Source: Mobula hypostoma (taxonomy: Eukaryota). From it: a DNA stretch of 64,000 nucleotides. Position numbers and translations under genes: made by a program. Shown here one piece after another: positions 12,020-25,054 of the stretch. The stretch's first letter is position 1. Each line of letters opens with the position of its first letter. The notes beneath the pieces are model-generated. The model was not told the DNA's origin. It searched no databases and worked only from the letters and a program-made list of their open reading frames with translations. Location: assembly GCF_963921235.1 (NCBI RefSeq), contig NC_086106.1:25854001-25918000 (forward strand), given 5' to 3'.

Positions 12020-14277
12020 GGCATCATGGCACAAAGATAAACGGTAGAGTCCGACACAAAAGCACCAGAGATGTTCAAATGGGCTGCCTTGCTGTCACGC
12101 TGCCAACCAGCGGTAAACCTCGCTGGTTTCCGTTCCATCGTGCCAGTGCTATATACCGTCAGCAAATATCTTGAAGATTCCACGCGATGCTGAACGTACC
12201 AAACAATAGACTGAGGATCGCCAGTGTAATTACAGTTCAGTGTTACAATTTGTTCTTCCACGATCGTTAATTCAAGAGGCCATTGCTTCGCAGAATCTTT
12301 TCCATTTGTTCCTGCAATAAAAGGACAGAATGCATGAGCATAGAAACATAGAAACATGGAAAATAGGTGCAGGAGTAGGCCATTCGACCCTTCGAGCCTG
12401 CACCGCCATTCAGTATGATTATGGCTGATCATCCAACTCAAAACCCTGTACCAGCGCTCCCTCCATACCCCTGATCCCTTCAGCCGCACGGGCCATATCT
12501 TACTCCCTCTTAAATATAGCCAATGAACTGGCTTCAACTGTTTCCTGCGGCAGAGAATTCCACAGATTCACCACTATCTGTGTGAAGAAGTTTTTCATAA
12601 TCTCGGTCCTAAATGGCTTCCCCTTTATCCTCAAACTGTGATCCCTGGTTCTGGACTTCCCCAACATCGGGAACAAACTTCCTGCATTTAGCCTGTCCAA
12701 TCCCTTTAGGATTTTATACGTTTCAATCAGATCCCCCCCCCGCCAACCTTCTAAATTCCAACGAGTATGAGCCTAGTTCATCCAGTCTTTCATCATATGA
12801 AAGTCCTGCCATCCCAGGAATCAATCTGGTGAATCTTCTTTGTACTCCCTCTATGGCAAGGATGTCTTTCCTCAGTTTAGGGGACCAAAACTGCACACAA
12901 TACTGCAGGTGTGGTCTCAGCAAGGCCTTGTAAACTGCAGTGGTATCTCCCTGTTCCTGTACTCGAATCCTCTTGCTATAAATGCCAGCATACCATTCTC
13001 CTTTTTCATCGCCTGCTGTACCTGCATGCCCACTTTCAATGACGGGTGTATAATGACACCCAGGTCTCGTTGCACCTCCCCTTTTCCTAATCGACCACCA
13101 TTCAGATAATAATCTGTTTTCCTGTTTTTGCCACCAAAGTGGATAACTTCACATTTATCCACATTAAATTGCATCTGCCATGAATTTGCCCACTCACCTA
13201 ACCTATCCAAGTCATCCTGCATCCTCTTAGCATCCTCCTCACAGCTACCCCTGCCGCCCAGCTTTGTGTCATCAAACTTGGAGATGCTGCATTTAATTCC
13301 CTCGTTTAAGTCATTAATATATATGGTAACCAAATAGGGTCCCAGCACTGAGCCTTGCGGTACCCCACTAGTCACTGCCTAGTGAAAAGGTCCTATTTAT
13401 TCCCACTCTTTGTTTCCTGTTTGCCAAACAATTCTCTATCCACATCAATACCCTACCCCCAATACCGTGTGCTTTAAGTTTGCACACTAATCTCCTGTGT
13501 GGGACCTTGTCAAAAGCCTTTTGAAAATCCAAATATACCACATCCACTGGTTCTCCCCTATCCACTCTACTACTCACATCCTCAAAAAATTCTATGAGAT
13601 TCGGCAGACATGATTTTCCTTTCACAAATCCATGCTGACTTTGTCCGATATTTTCACCGCTTTCTAATTGTGCTGTTATCACATCTTTGATAACTGACTC
13701 TAGCAGTTTCCCCACCACCGATGTTAGGCTAACCAGTCTATAATTCCCTGGTTTCTCTCTCCCTCCTTTTTTTAAAAAGTGAGGTTACATTAGCCACCCT
13801 CCAATCCTCAGGAACTAGTCCAGAATCTAAAGAGTTTTGAAAAAATATCACTAATGCATCCACTATTTCTTGGGCTACTTCCTTAAGCACACTGGGATAC
13901 AGACCATCTGGCCCTGGGGATTTATCTGCCTTTAATCCCTTCAATTTACCTAACACCACTTCCCTACTAACATGTATTTCCCTCAGTACCACCATCTCAC
14001 TTGACCCTGTGTCCCCTACTATTTCCGGAAGATTATTTATGTCCTCCTTAGTGAAGACAGAACCAAAGTAATTATTCAATTGGTCTGCCATGTCCTTGCT
14101 CCCCATAATCAATTCACCTGTAGGGGACCTACTTTTGTCTTAACCAATCTTTTTCTTTTCTCATATCTATAAAAGCTCGGAATTTATTCGCACATACGGA
14201 ACAGATAGAGGCCGTTACCGTGGAGACTCACCGGGCATCATAGTCAATATAATCAGCAGATAACACAGAGAATTCAT
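12020..14277 (-). CDS. TCR alpha/delta-like V gene, potentially functional; leader exon 14232-14277, V exon 12020-12311, intron expanded by a CR1 insertion
   Basis: Leader MNSLCYLLIILTMMP-G with GTGAGT donor and TTGCAG acceptor. Open V exon GTNGKDSAKQWPLELTIVEEQIVTLNCNYTGDPQSIVWYVQHRVESSRYLLTVYS...DSTVYLCAMMP keeps both conserved Cys and the Trp. Confidence 0.8.
12339..14177 (-). mobile_element. 5'-truncated CR1 LINE (RT and 3' end) inserted in the V leader intron
   Basis: (CATAGAAA)n tail at 12339. RT motifs YLDFQKAFDKVPH and GVPQGSVLGP. Near-identical to 53500-55360. Confidence 0.93.
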
Positions 14278-15014
14278 GGTGTCTGGCTTCAAACTCGATC
14301 GAAAGACAGCTTACTTTCAACAAGTTAATATCCTTGACCGATATTGAAGACGAAACTCAGATCTGCAGCGTATTTCAGCTGGCGTTGCCCTGCCAATGGC
14401 TTGTTTGGCTGTGAGCACCGATCTGCGCCGGTCCGACAGCAATCACAGATCGGTTTGTTTCAGTTCCTCGATATGCTTTGAAAGATCCGGCGCCAGGAGA
14501 CGTATATAGCGTCGGGCTGACAACTGTGCTAGAGTGGTTATACTTCATTCGCTCTCTCTTCCTTTCTTCTTCCAGGCAGGCTCCCATCCCTATTTCTCTC
14601 TCCTCCCGATGTTTATCGCTCTACTCTCTGTTCTATCGATCACCATCTCTCGCTCTCTCACTTCATTTCTCTTACGTCTCCCCGAGTTATCCACTTTGTC
14701 ATTCCATCATACCAAACCGCCCACTTTCTCCTCCCATTTTACTCGCCATATCAACCACCCACCGTTTTCCCTGGATATCACTTCCTCTGCCCACTCGCAA
14801 ACCGCAATTCACACTCAGACGCATTTATCTTCACATTTCTCCCCTCCGGCAAACGGGCGAAACGCCACTGACACAGACAATAAGAGAAACGACTTCACTC
14901 CGAGGACCGGGGAATGCGCGCTGTGTGTTAGTCTCTTGACTCTCTGCGATTCAGCCTTCTCTGTCCAGGAAAGTGTTTGTCGCTTGTGTCTTGTGGACGG
15001 ACGAGAGTTGGATG

Positions 15015-15165
15015 AAAGAAATGCAGATGCTGAAAATCCAATGCAACTCACAAAACTCTGGAGGAAGTCAGCAGGTCAGGCAAAATCTAGGGAAAATGGA
15101 AGTCGTCGACGTTTCGGGCCGAGACCCTTCTTCGAGACTGAGAAGTAAGGAGGGAGATGCATAAA
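15015..15165. mobile_element. Penelope-like terminal fragment
   Basis: gcagatgctgaaaatcc...gtcgacgtttcgggccgagacccttc is homologous to the end of the Penelope element at 22020. Confidence 0.6.
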
Positions 15166-15739
15166 TTTAAATGTGAAGGAACATGAAAGAGTCGAAAGGT
15201 TAAACCAGGCAGCTGGGACAGGCCAAGGGCTGTAGAAGAAATAAACTGATGATCTTATTAAGGCATAATCTTATTCAATTGCGGAGCAGGTTCGACAGGT
15301 CAAATGGCATACTCCTAGTCTTATTTCTTATGGCCTTATGTTCTGCCCTTCCACGGTGATTAATTTCTTCACATCCTGAGTTACCGAATTTACCCCACTC
15401 GTATCTGTAACAAATCTCGGACAGCGTGAGTGGCGACGAATCTTAATGACGATGTAGAACACGCTCAAACTGCTGAAGAAGAAATTCTCCAGACAGAGCA
15501 GCCATTAAAATCAACAAAAAACACAAGGGTGATACGGTGTCGGCATTAACTTCAACAGTCGGATTTTATCAAATTGTGAACCAGGTGAAGTTAATTCCGT
15601 CACGTCAGGAGCTTTAGAGGCTCCGGGGAGACACGTGCCCTTCCTCTCGAACCGGATTGGTATATTGCCAATGATGTGCCTTCGACTTACAGGCGTGCTG
15701 GGTCTAGGTCATCTTCTCTTAGGGCTTCATTTTACCCCT

Positions 15740-18030
15740 CTTACTTTGCATAGTGTAGTAAATGCCTGTTGTGTTTTCTTCATGGCAGATGTTGGAGACC
15801 TGGGAGATCCACAGTCTCCCAGGGAACTACATCTACAAGGAATGCATCTGGCTGAAGCTCCTTGAAGACAATGTTAGGGATCTGGAGTGACCAGCTCAAT
15901 GGCCTTCGGCTTGTACGACAGAGAGAGAAGATAATCGATCGGTGTCACTGGGACGTAGTCACCGCGAAGCTGCAGGAGGCAAGTGGCTATTGGACTATCA
16001 GGGGAAATGAAAGTGTGAATTGAGAGTTAGCGCAGCGCACCCCTGTTGTCATTCCTGTCAATAGTAAGAATATTTTTCTGCATACCTATCTGGGGGATGA
16101 ACTCCCAGGGGCATGCTAGGGAGACACGGCTAACGCAACGCAGCATAGGTACGTACTGCAGATGGGAAAAGGGTGAAGAAGGCAGCGGTAGCGATAGGAG
16201 ACTCAGCGATCATGGGAACAGACAGGAGATTCTGTGGACTCGAGCACAGCACCCTGACGGTATGCTGCCTTCGACATGTCAGTTTCGAATCGCGTCAACG
16301 GCATTTTAGAGAGGGAGGAGCAGCATCCAGATATCATGGTGCACATTGGCACCAATGACACACGAAGAAAAAGCAAAGAGATCCTGAAAAGTGTATTTGC
16401 AAAACAAGGAAGAAGGCACGAGCTGATGCTGACGGGTACGAGGGATGCGCAGTTACTATTACAAAGCTCAACGAGCCGAAAGAGCTAAGTTACTCGTACC
16501 AGATGAACTGCATCCTCAGGTTCTGAAAGAAGTAGTAGTAGAGATTATGGCGATACTATTAATGATCTTTCAAAATTATTGGTCTGTGGCATGGTGCCAG
16601 AGGAATGTAAAATTGGAAAAGTCACTCTACTCTTTAAGAAAAGAAGAAATAAAAGACCTGTTAGCCTGATCTCAGTGCTTGGGAATATGTTGGATTCAAT
16701 TGTTAAGGCTGAAGTTTCGGTCTGTTTGGTGACACAGGACCAGATAGGAGAAAGACAGCATGGTTTTCTTAAGGATAAGATTGCCTGACGATCATGTTGG
16801 AATTGTCGGAGGACACTACATGTAAGTCGGATAAAGCGGTTGCAATGGATGTTGTATGTGAGGAGTTTCATAAGGCCTTTGCCAAGGTGACAAATATGAG
16901 GATGCTCACCAATTTAAGAACCTATGGTATTACAGGAAGTTTACTGGCATAGTTAGAGCACTAGCTGTTTGGCAGAAAGTAGCGTATAGAACTAAAATAA
17001 TCACTCTCTGGTTGGCTACCGGTGACAAGTGGTGCTCCGCAGGGATCCGTGCTGGGACCAAGTCTTCTTATATTGCATATCAATGATTTACGTGATAGAA
17101 TCCATCGCTTTTTTGCCAGGTTTGCAGATGTTTCGAAGACTGATGAAGAGTCAGGGTGCATTGATAAAACAGGTAATCTGCAGAAGGCCTGAGACAAATG
17201 ACCAGAATGGGAAAGAAGTGGTAAATGAAATATAATGTTGGAAAATGCATGGTCATGCACTTTGTTGGAAGAAATAATTGTGCAGACTACTTTCTGAATG
17301 TGGACAAAAGCCAAACCGAAGATGTGCAAAGATGCAACGAGGCTTGGTAGCCCTTGTGCAAAACACCCAAGGGATTAATTTTCACGCAGAGTCGGCGGTG
17401 AGGAAGACAAATTCAGTCTTAGAACTCATTTCAGGGGGTCGAGAATACATGAGTAGGGATGTGGTGCTGACGTTTCAAGGCACTGGTAAGGCCCCACTTT
17501 CAGTATTATGAACAGTTTATGGCTCCTCATAGCAGAAAAAATCCGCTCGCATGGATGATTCCAGTAATGCAAGTGTTATCATCGAGGAAAGTTTGATATT
17601 TATGAGTCTGTGTCCACTGGCATTTAGAAGGATGAGGGGGATCTCACTGAATCCTTTCTAACGTTCAAAGTCCTAGACCGAGTAGATCTGCAAAGGATGC
17701 TTCATATGGTGGGGGAGTCCAGGACAAGAGGGCAAAGCCTCAGGCAAGACGGCGTCACCTTAATACAGAGATTCGCAGAGATTCCATCAGCGCGAGTGTG
17801 GTGAATGCGTTGCATCTATTAGCACGGGCAGCTGTGGAGGACAGGGGGTTGGGTATACTTAAGGCAGAGCGTGATATGTTTTCAATTGGCCACGGTATCA
17901 AAGGTTCCGAAGGGAAGACCGGGAGTGGGGCTGAGGAAAGGTCAATCGATCAGCCATAACTTAATGGCGGAGCAGATTCGATGGGTCATATGCCCTAAAT
18001 CTTCTGCTATGTTTTATGGTTTTATGATGT
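15740..18030 (+). mobile_element. Highly degenerate CR1 LINE (ORF1 remnants, RT, 3' end)
   Basis: Remnants AVAIGDS, MVHIGTND, GKVTLLFKKRRNKRPVSLISV and TSGAPQGSVLGP. Confidence 0.75.
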
Positions 18031-18189
18031 TACTGTCTCTTTCAAAATGGGCAGGTTTTAGCAGACTTTCAATTTTTCGCTCTCGACCCTTGTCGCGTGT
18101 CTTCCTCTTGCTGTATCCTTACCAGGAGATGTCTCATTTTCTTCTTTGTCTCCCTTAATCACTCTTATCGCCTCTTTCTTCTCCTTTCT

Positions 18190-18333
18190 NNNNNNNNNNN
18201 NNNNNNNNNNNNNNNNNNNNNNNNNNNNNNNNNNNNNNNNNNNNNNNNNNNNNNNNNNNNNNNNNNNNNNNNNNNNNNNNNNNNNNNNNNNNNNNNNNNN
18301 NNNNNNNNNNNNNNNNNNNNNNNNNNNNNNNNN
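18190..18333. other. Assembly gap (144 N)
   Basis: Run of N next to CT-rich sequence. Confidence 0.99.
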
Positions 18334-19501
18334 GATTCCCTGTGGATGCTCCTAATTGGCAAACATTTATCCACGCATCAGTATATTCCTCCTTGAACGA
18401 AACTGCTACTAGGGATTCAGGGTGTATTGTAGCTCTTGTCGCCCGGCCCCTTCACCCCCTTATAACCTCTGAGCAGGGAGGTTGTGTTGTCTCATGGCTC
18501 CTGAGGACGGGAAGTTGTTCGACGTTGAGCAGGATGCGGTGGGCCGCGGGCGCCCTTCATTCCAAGCGTCCATTGTACAGAAGATCTGTTCTGTAGAGAT
18601 CGGTAATCGCAATGCATTAGGGAGAGCTGATCATGCAAATATACATAGCGGAAACAGGCACAAAACCACTGAAGATATTTGAATCTAAGCAGTGGCCATT
18701 TCATGTTAAACAACCTGAAATATTCACCGATGTAGTTTGCTACTGAGTTTCACTCTCATAAGTCAACCACGTAATTCCCGCAAATATTTGGGTGCGCCAC
18801 TTCGACTTTTCTAGCACGACCCGCCCTCTAGCGACGGTTTACTGCATCACACCTCACACATACAGTATGTACTTTAAACATAAATTCACTTTGATCAATG
18901 AACATTTCTCACAGCCCGGTAATACAACGGCCAAAATACTATAAGCATTCTCTAGCACACTAAACATCTGCAGGATCTGTCGCATTATCTAAATACTCAG
19001 TATAAATCATAAGTAGCCACTGCAACATCCTTAATTTCAGCAGCATGTCACCTGCTGTTCTTTGTCTAACTAAAAACAACTATTTGCCCACGCTCTGTTT
19101 TCCCTTAGTATACCACTGTCCTACTTAACTATATTGCAGTTCCACTCCATCCTTTTGCTTCTCCATGCAGAACCTCGAACAATGTGGCCAAAGACAACCT
19201 CATTCTAGGTTGCCAATCGCGACATGCCGTTGCAGCAAAGAGGGTGGGTGAATGCACATTGCCGTATCCCGGAAATACATTATAAAGATCCAGTTTGGGT
19301 TTGCGTTGTAGTCATGAACTGTTCCATTACCTTCGGCGCCTTGTGTTGGTGATTGCAGCCCTCTTAAGTAGGGCGCGTGACTACGACTATTTTCAGTGTG
19401 CGCACTCCCAATTTACCGGCAAAAGACGCCTTCCAGTGAGATCTTTTGCTTTATACAGAACCAATTATTGTTAGAAACCCGCCTTCTTCATGCAACAGAT
19501 G

Positions 19502-19980
19502 GCACTCATTGCACAGAGATAGATGCCAGAGTCCGACACAAGAGCTTTAACGATATTCAATTGAGCGGTCTTGCTGTCTTTGTACAGGGGTATACTCCAG
19601 AGTCCGGGACAAGAATTCTAGAGATACTGAAATGAGCTGACTCTGCGTTTGTGCATAACAGCTGTTAACCTCGCCAGACATTCTGAGTCCACGCCAGTTT
19701 TCCTCATCATATATAATCAGCAGTTTTTAGGAGATACTCCGCGATGTTTGTCTTAGTTCGTGTGTTACTGCATTTCAGTGCTATCATCTGACTTTCGTCA
19801 GCCGATAATTCAGGACCATTCTGATCAAAGAATTGTACTTTCGCGTTCCTGCAATAAAGAGTAGAATGCAGTGTCTTCCCTGACTTGCACTGAAATGCGC
19901 TCTCGCTGGTCATGTGTGCAGCGTCTTAGCTGTCAGGATGGCGAATAAAACCTACAAGAAACTGAGGGACACACGCTCAC
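19502..19980 (-). pseudogene. Chimeric V pseudogene: family B leader and V up to Cys104 fused to a family A FR3 end and RSS
   Basis: Minus strand reads B-type ...LVPDSGVYPC-ACAAAGAC, then A-type KDSKTAQLNIVKALVSDSGIYLCAMS, out of frame. The heptamer is dead (CCATCTG/CATCTGT), nonamer ACAATAATT. The downstream flank is A-type and the upstream flank is B-type. Confidence 0.82.
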
Positions 19981-20911
19981 TCGCTTCAGCCACGCTGGGA
20001 TCGCGCATCACTTACAACAATTTATCAACATGACAGATAACGGAGAGTAAAACGTATCGGAAGTAGACTGAATGGTGCAATGCTCAACGATTGCAAGGTA
20101 AAAGCAGAACAAAGGCTATATCAGAACTAGTCAGAACCCAGTTAAGTTAAAATCCCCTTTTTGTCTTTTCCCACACTATAAATCCCTCTCTCTCTCTCTC
20201 TCTTTCTATCTCTCTCTCTGTCTCTCTCTAATTCTCTCTCTGTCTCTCTCTTTCTCTTGCCCTTTCTCTCTTTCTTTCACTTTCTCCCCCCCCCCCACTC
20301 TACCCCTCTCCATCTATCTATTTATCTATCTTTCTCTCTATATCGCATTCTCTCTTTCTCACTCTTTTACTCTATCGCTACCGACTTCTCTCTCTCATTC
20401 TCACTCCGGACATTGATTTCTATTTTTCTATTTATCTACTCACTCTCGTTTTCTTTGGCATTCTGCCCGTGCCCTATCCTTTTTCACAGCATGTCACTCC
20501 ATGCTAACCAGCGTATCAGCGACAATTCCAACGAGTCATCCGCAAAGTTCGGACTTCCCGCTGTTATCTAACTTATTATTAGCCTTTTAAGTTATTGACG
20601 GAATACCTTTCAATCTTCCAGGACCCCGTTGGATATTTCTTGTCAATAGCACATTAAATATTTATTCCCATAGACGAAATGGGATTAAATGTTTAGCGGT
20701 TCGTATTCGCTGACATAAAGAACCGAAATCATTCTGAGCAACAATCAGACTGTGCTTCATTTCTATTCCTCTTTCTACTTGTTTTTCCGTTCTTTGCAGG
20801 TCGCACGTGACCCCCCCCTCCCCCTTCTCTCTCATCTCTCTCCTTCCCTCTCTCTATCTATCTCTCTCCCTTCCCTCTTTCTCTCTCTTCCTCTCTTCTT
20901 TTCTCTCTCTC

Positions 20912-20954
<43 letters not shown>

Positions 20955-21147
20955 CTCTCTCTCTCTGATTTTAAATAGAATCATTGAAGCATGCTGAATA
21001 TCGACTGAGCGGAAAAATATAGGTGATAGAATGCATAATACCTACGTTTCAGTGCGGTGATATCTGGTGTCATGTCACCTGGGATCCGGTTCGTTTCCGA
21101 CATTCAATTCGATCAGCAGATACCTACGTGCTCAGTTTCCACGTTTC

Positions 21148-21707
21148 CAGTGCAGTTTTGGTCTCCTAATCTGAGGAAAGACATCTTTGCCATAACTGGA
21201 GTACAAAGAAGGTTAACCAGATTGATTCCTGGGATGGCGGGACTTTCATATGAAAAAAGACTGGATGAATTGGGCTTGTACTCGTTGGAATTTAGAAGAT
21301 TGAGGGGGGATCTGATTGAAACGTATAAGATCCTAAAGGGATTGGACAGGCTAGATGCAGGAAGATTGTTCCCGATGTTGGGGAAGTCCAGAACGAGGGG
21401 TCACAGTTTGAGGATAAAGGGGAAGCCTTTTAGGACCGAGATTAGGAAAAACTTCTTCCAACAGAGAGTGCTGAATCTGTGGAATTCTCTGCCACAGGAA
21501 ACTGTTGAGGCCAGTTCATTGGCTATATTTAAGAGGGAGTTAGATATGGCCCTTGTGGTTACGGGGGTCAGGGGGTATGGAGGGAAGGCTGGGGCGGGGT
21601 TCTGAGTTGGATGATCAGCCATGATCATAATAAATGGCGGTGCAGGCTCGAAGGGCCGAATGGCCTACTCCTGCACCTATTTTCTATGTTTCTATGTTCC
21701 TATATTA
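21148..21707 (+). mobile_element. CR1 3' fragment, young subfamily
   Basis: FWSPNLRKDIFAI...YKILKGLD and a TTTCTATG tail. Inserted in a flank that is uninterrupted at about 45230. Confidence 0.9.
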
Positions 21708-22019
21708 TGTTTTCAACGTCCCGCAAAAGATGCTCTGGGTTGCATTCCTCCTGATCGAAGTGTCACTGGGGTACCTGTTAAGAGGAATTTGCGAAAATTT
21801 GACAGATAGATCTGTGAACCATCAGAACATAATATATAGGAACAGAATTAGGCCATTTGCCCGATCGACTCTGCTCCGCCATTTCAGATCAGACAGTGTA
21901 GTAATGGAATTTTTCGAAACGGTAAACGTACCATTAAATTGAGAGTTTCAGAAATTCGAAATATAGATTTGGAAACAGATGCAATAAATTTCTGTTCCTT
22001 CTACAGTCACAAGGAAATC

Positions 22020-23150
22020 TACAGATACTGGAAATTCAAGCAACACACAAAAAAATGCTGGTGAAGACAGCAGGCCAGGCAGCATCTATAGGAAGATCTA
22101 CAGTCGACGTTTCGGGCCGGGACCCTTCGGCGGGACTAACTGAAAGAAGTGATAGTAAGGGATTTGAAAATGGAGAGGGAGGGAGAGATCCGAAATGATA
22201 GGAGAAGACAGGAGGGGAGGGGTGGATCTACGAGCTGTAAAGTTGATTGCCAAAAGGGATACCAGACTGGAGAAGGTAGAGGATCATCGGACGGTAAGCC
22301 TGGGGAGAGAGAGAAGGGGGAAGGGGAGCCCAGAGGATGGAGTGAAGGCAAGGAGTTATAGTGAGAGGGACAGAGAGAGAAATAAGAGAGACGGGAAGAT
22401 AAAAGCGGGGGGGAATAAAACATATATTAAATAAATAAATAAGGGTTGGGGTGTGAAGGGGATATGGGGCATTAACGGAAGTTGGAGAAGTCAATATTCA
22501 TGCCATCAGTCTGGAGACTACCTAGACGGAATATAAGGTGTTGTTCCTCCAACCTGAGTGTGACTTCATCTTTACAGTAGATGACCCGTGGACAAACATA
22601 TCACAATGGGAATGGGACGAGGAATTAAAATGTTTGGCCACTGGGAGATCTTGCTTTCTCAGGTGCACAGAGCCTACGTGTTCAGCGAAAAGGTCTCCCA
22701 GCTTGCGTCGAGTCTCGCCAATATATCGGAGGCCGCACCGGCAGCATCGGACGCGGTATATCGCGCCAGCCGAGTCTGAGGCGAAGTGTCGCCTCACCTG
22801 GAAGGACTGTCTGGGGCCCTGAATGGTGGTGAGGGGGAAATTGTAAGGGCAGGTGCAGCACATATTCCGCTTACAAGGATAAGTGTCGGGAGGGAGATCG
22901 GTGGGAAGGAATTGGAGGCGGGGCGTGGGTGCTAATAATCAAGGAAATGCGTAGGGAGCGATCCCTGCTGAAAGCAGAAAGGGGGAAGGGGAGGGAAAGG
23001 TATGCTTGGTGGTGAGATCCCGTTGGAGGTGGCGGAAGTTACGGAGAATTATATGTTGCACCCGGAGGCTGGTTTAGTGGTGAGTAAGAACAAGGGGAAC
23101 CCTAGTCCTAGTGGATTAGCGGAAGGATGTGGTAAGTGCAGATGTGCGTG
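22020..23150 (-). mobile_element. Penelope-like retroelement fragment (GIY-YIG endonuclease)
   Basis: ORF 22522-22863 contains AIYRVRCCRCGLRYIGETRRKLGDLFAEH...PVAKHFNSSSHSH, typical of the Penelope GIY-YIG domain. Confidence 0.85.
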
Positions 23151-24256
23151 AAACAGTAATCACCAGTAATCGGTTGTTCTCTCTATATGTCTTTTCAATC
23201 GGAAGGAAAACACTAAAGTGGAAAAGCAGTTTCTCGTGTGCACAAGTATACACTCTACCCGATTATAAGAGTATTGAACTGTAGGATGAAATTGAATCTC
23301 AATCCCAATCCACCAGGATCTGATCGTATTCTTTATTTGCTGGCTGTGCAGCATTTTTATATGTCTATACACTTTTTTTTTAATATTGTGTTATTATTTT
23401 ACTTTGTACTACCGCGATAAGCAGTGCAGTGAGATCATCTGCAATAACCGAATCGATGCAATCATGCGACAATAATAAACACATTCCGTTCGCAATCTAG
23501 GTACGTACACCAAAATACTCCATGTGGTGATTATATTGGATCCGTTAAATCTAGTTGGGAAAACAGATTATACAAGTTATCACTCTGTTGTGATCCCATT
23601 CCCTCTCTTCCTCTCTCGGTCTTTCATACTGAATATGACGTCAAAATATGAGTCTTAGCTTAGTATGTGGCCGCCTATATGTATTTTAACCATAAAATTA
23701 CTTTCAACACTGAACCTCTTTCACACAGCATGGGAATACACCGACGAACATAGTATCTGCATTCTCTGTTGCGCGAAACATACACAGGTTTTGCCGCATT
23801 ATCTATATTGTCAGTATAAACCATGAGTAGCTGTTGTATCTTCGTTAATTTCAGTGGGCTTTAATGTCTGGGTTGCGGTAGCATGCCACTTTGAATTCTT
23901 TGTTATTCTGGAAAGCACGAATTTTGCGACCCTCTGGTTTCCATTGACCACTTTAAATATATTCCGGTGCCACTCCGTCCGTATTATTTTTCCTTGCAAA
24001 CAAGCGAACAAAGTGGCCAAAGACAATGTCAGTCAAGGCTGTCCATCGTTATATACCCTTACAGTAAAAGAAGAAGATCGAATGCATATTGTGTTATTCA
24101 GGAAATGAATTGCAAATTTCCAGTTCGGTTGCGCCATGTAATCAGAAACTGTTCCTTCAGCTTCGGCGCCTTGTGCTGCTGCTTACAGCGCTCTTCCGCA
24201 GAGCACGTGACCATGGATGATTTCCGGGTGCGCCCCTTCCAGATTCGCCGCGAACA

Positions 24257-24271
24257 GGCGCCCTCCTGTGA
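24257..24271 (-). promoter_or_regulatory. CTCF-like motif 24 bp downstream of the nonamer
   Basis: Minus strand TCACAGGAGGGCGCC. Confidence 0.55.
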
Positions 24272-24295
24272 GAGCTTTGTGCATCATAAAGGACT

Positions 24296-24334
24296 GTTTT
24301 TTGTCCGGACCCGCCGTCTCCATACAACAATGTG
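24296..24334 (-). other. 23-RSS (CACATTG-23-ACAAAAAAC)
   Basis: CAC intact, exact 23-bp spacer, near-consensus nonamer. Confidence 0.9.
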
Positions 24335-24754
24335 GTACTCATTGCACAGAGATACCTGCCAGAGTCCGACATCAGAGCTTCATGAATGTTCAATTGAGCC
24401 GTCCTGCTGTCTCTCTGCAAACTAGCGGTAAACCGATTAATTCGATTCATTCCTACATAGCTGGTTACCTTCAGCAAATACTTTGGAGGTTCTACACTAT
24501 GTTGAATGTACCAAAAGATATAGTCAGCATCGTCAGTGTAGTTACAGTTCAGTGTAATGTTCTGTCCTTTCTTGGCCGTTAAGTCGGGAGGATCCTGCGT
24601 CACTGAATCTTTCCCACTCGCTCCTGCAATAAATGACAGAATACATCAACAACGCCAGCTTGTATTGAACGCCGGGGTAATTCGCTGGCCACCTTCGCGG
24701 ACACTCACCAGGCAGCACAGGCAGTGCAATCATTAATAAACAGAGGGAAATCAT
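24335..24754 (-). CDS. TCR alpha/delta-like V gene, family A, apparently intact (leader 24709-24754, 85-bp intron, V exon 24335-24623)
   Basis: MISLCLLMIALPVLP-GASGKDSVTQDPPDLTAKKGQNITLNCNYTDDADYIFWYIQHSVEPPKYLLKVTSYVGMNRINRFTASLQRDSRTAQLNIHEALMSDSGRYLCAMST. GT-AG intron. Confidence 0.88.
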
Positions 24755-25007
24755 GGTGTCTAATTTCAGACTGAATCGAACGGCAAATGCCTTCCAAGAC
24801 GTAACTATCACTCAACAGATATTGTGGTGTGAGGTCTTTTCAGCGAAACCTTTCACCTTATCTAAGAGCGGATGCACTCTCCTTGTTAAACAATTGGCTG
24901 ACACAATGAACCAAAACTTTCTGAGCATCAACTTTCTGAGCATCAATCAGAATCTGTTTTTTTCATACGTCATTCTGGCTGTTTCTCCGCTATTTCATTG
25001 TCCCGCG

Positions 25008-25054
<47 letters not shown>

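Noticed and set aside
14478-15148. 153-aa and 204-aa ORFs
   Set aside because: They arise from CT-rich low-complexity sequence lacking stop codons and show no protein features.
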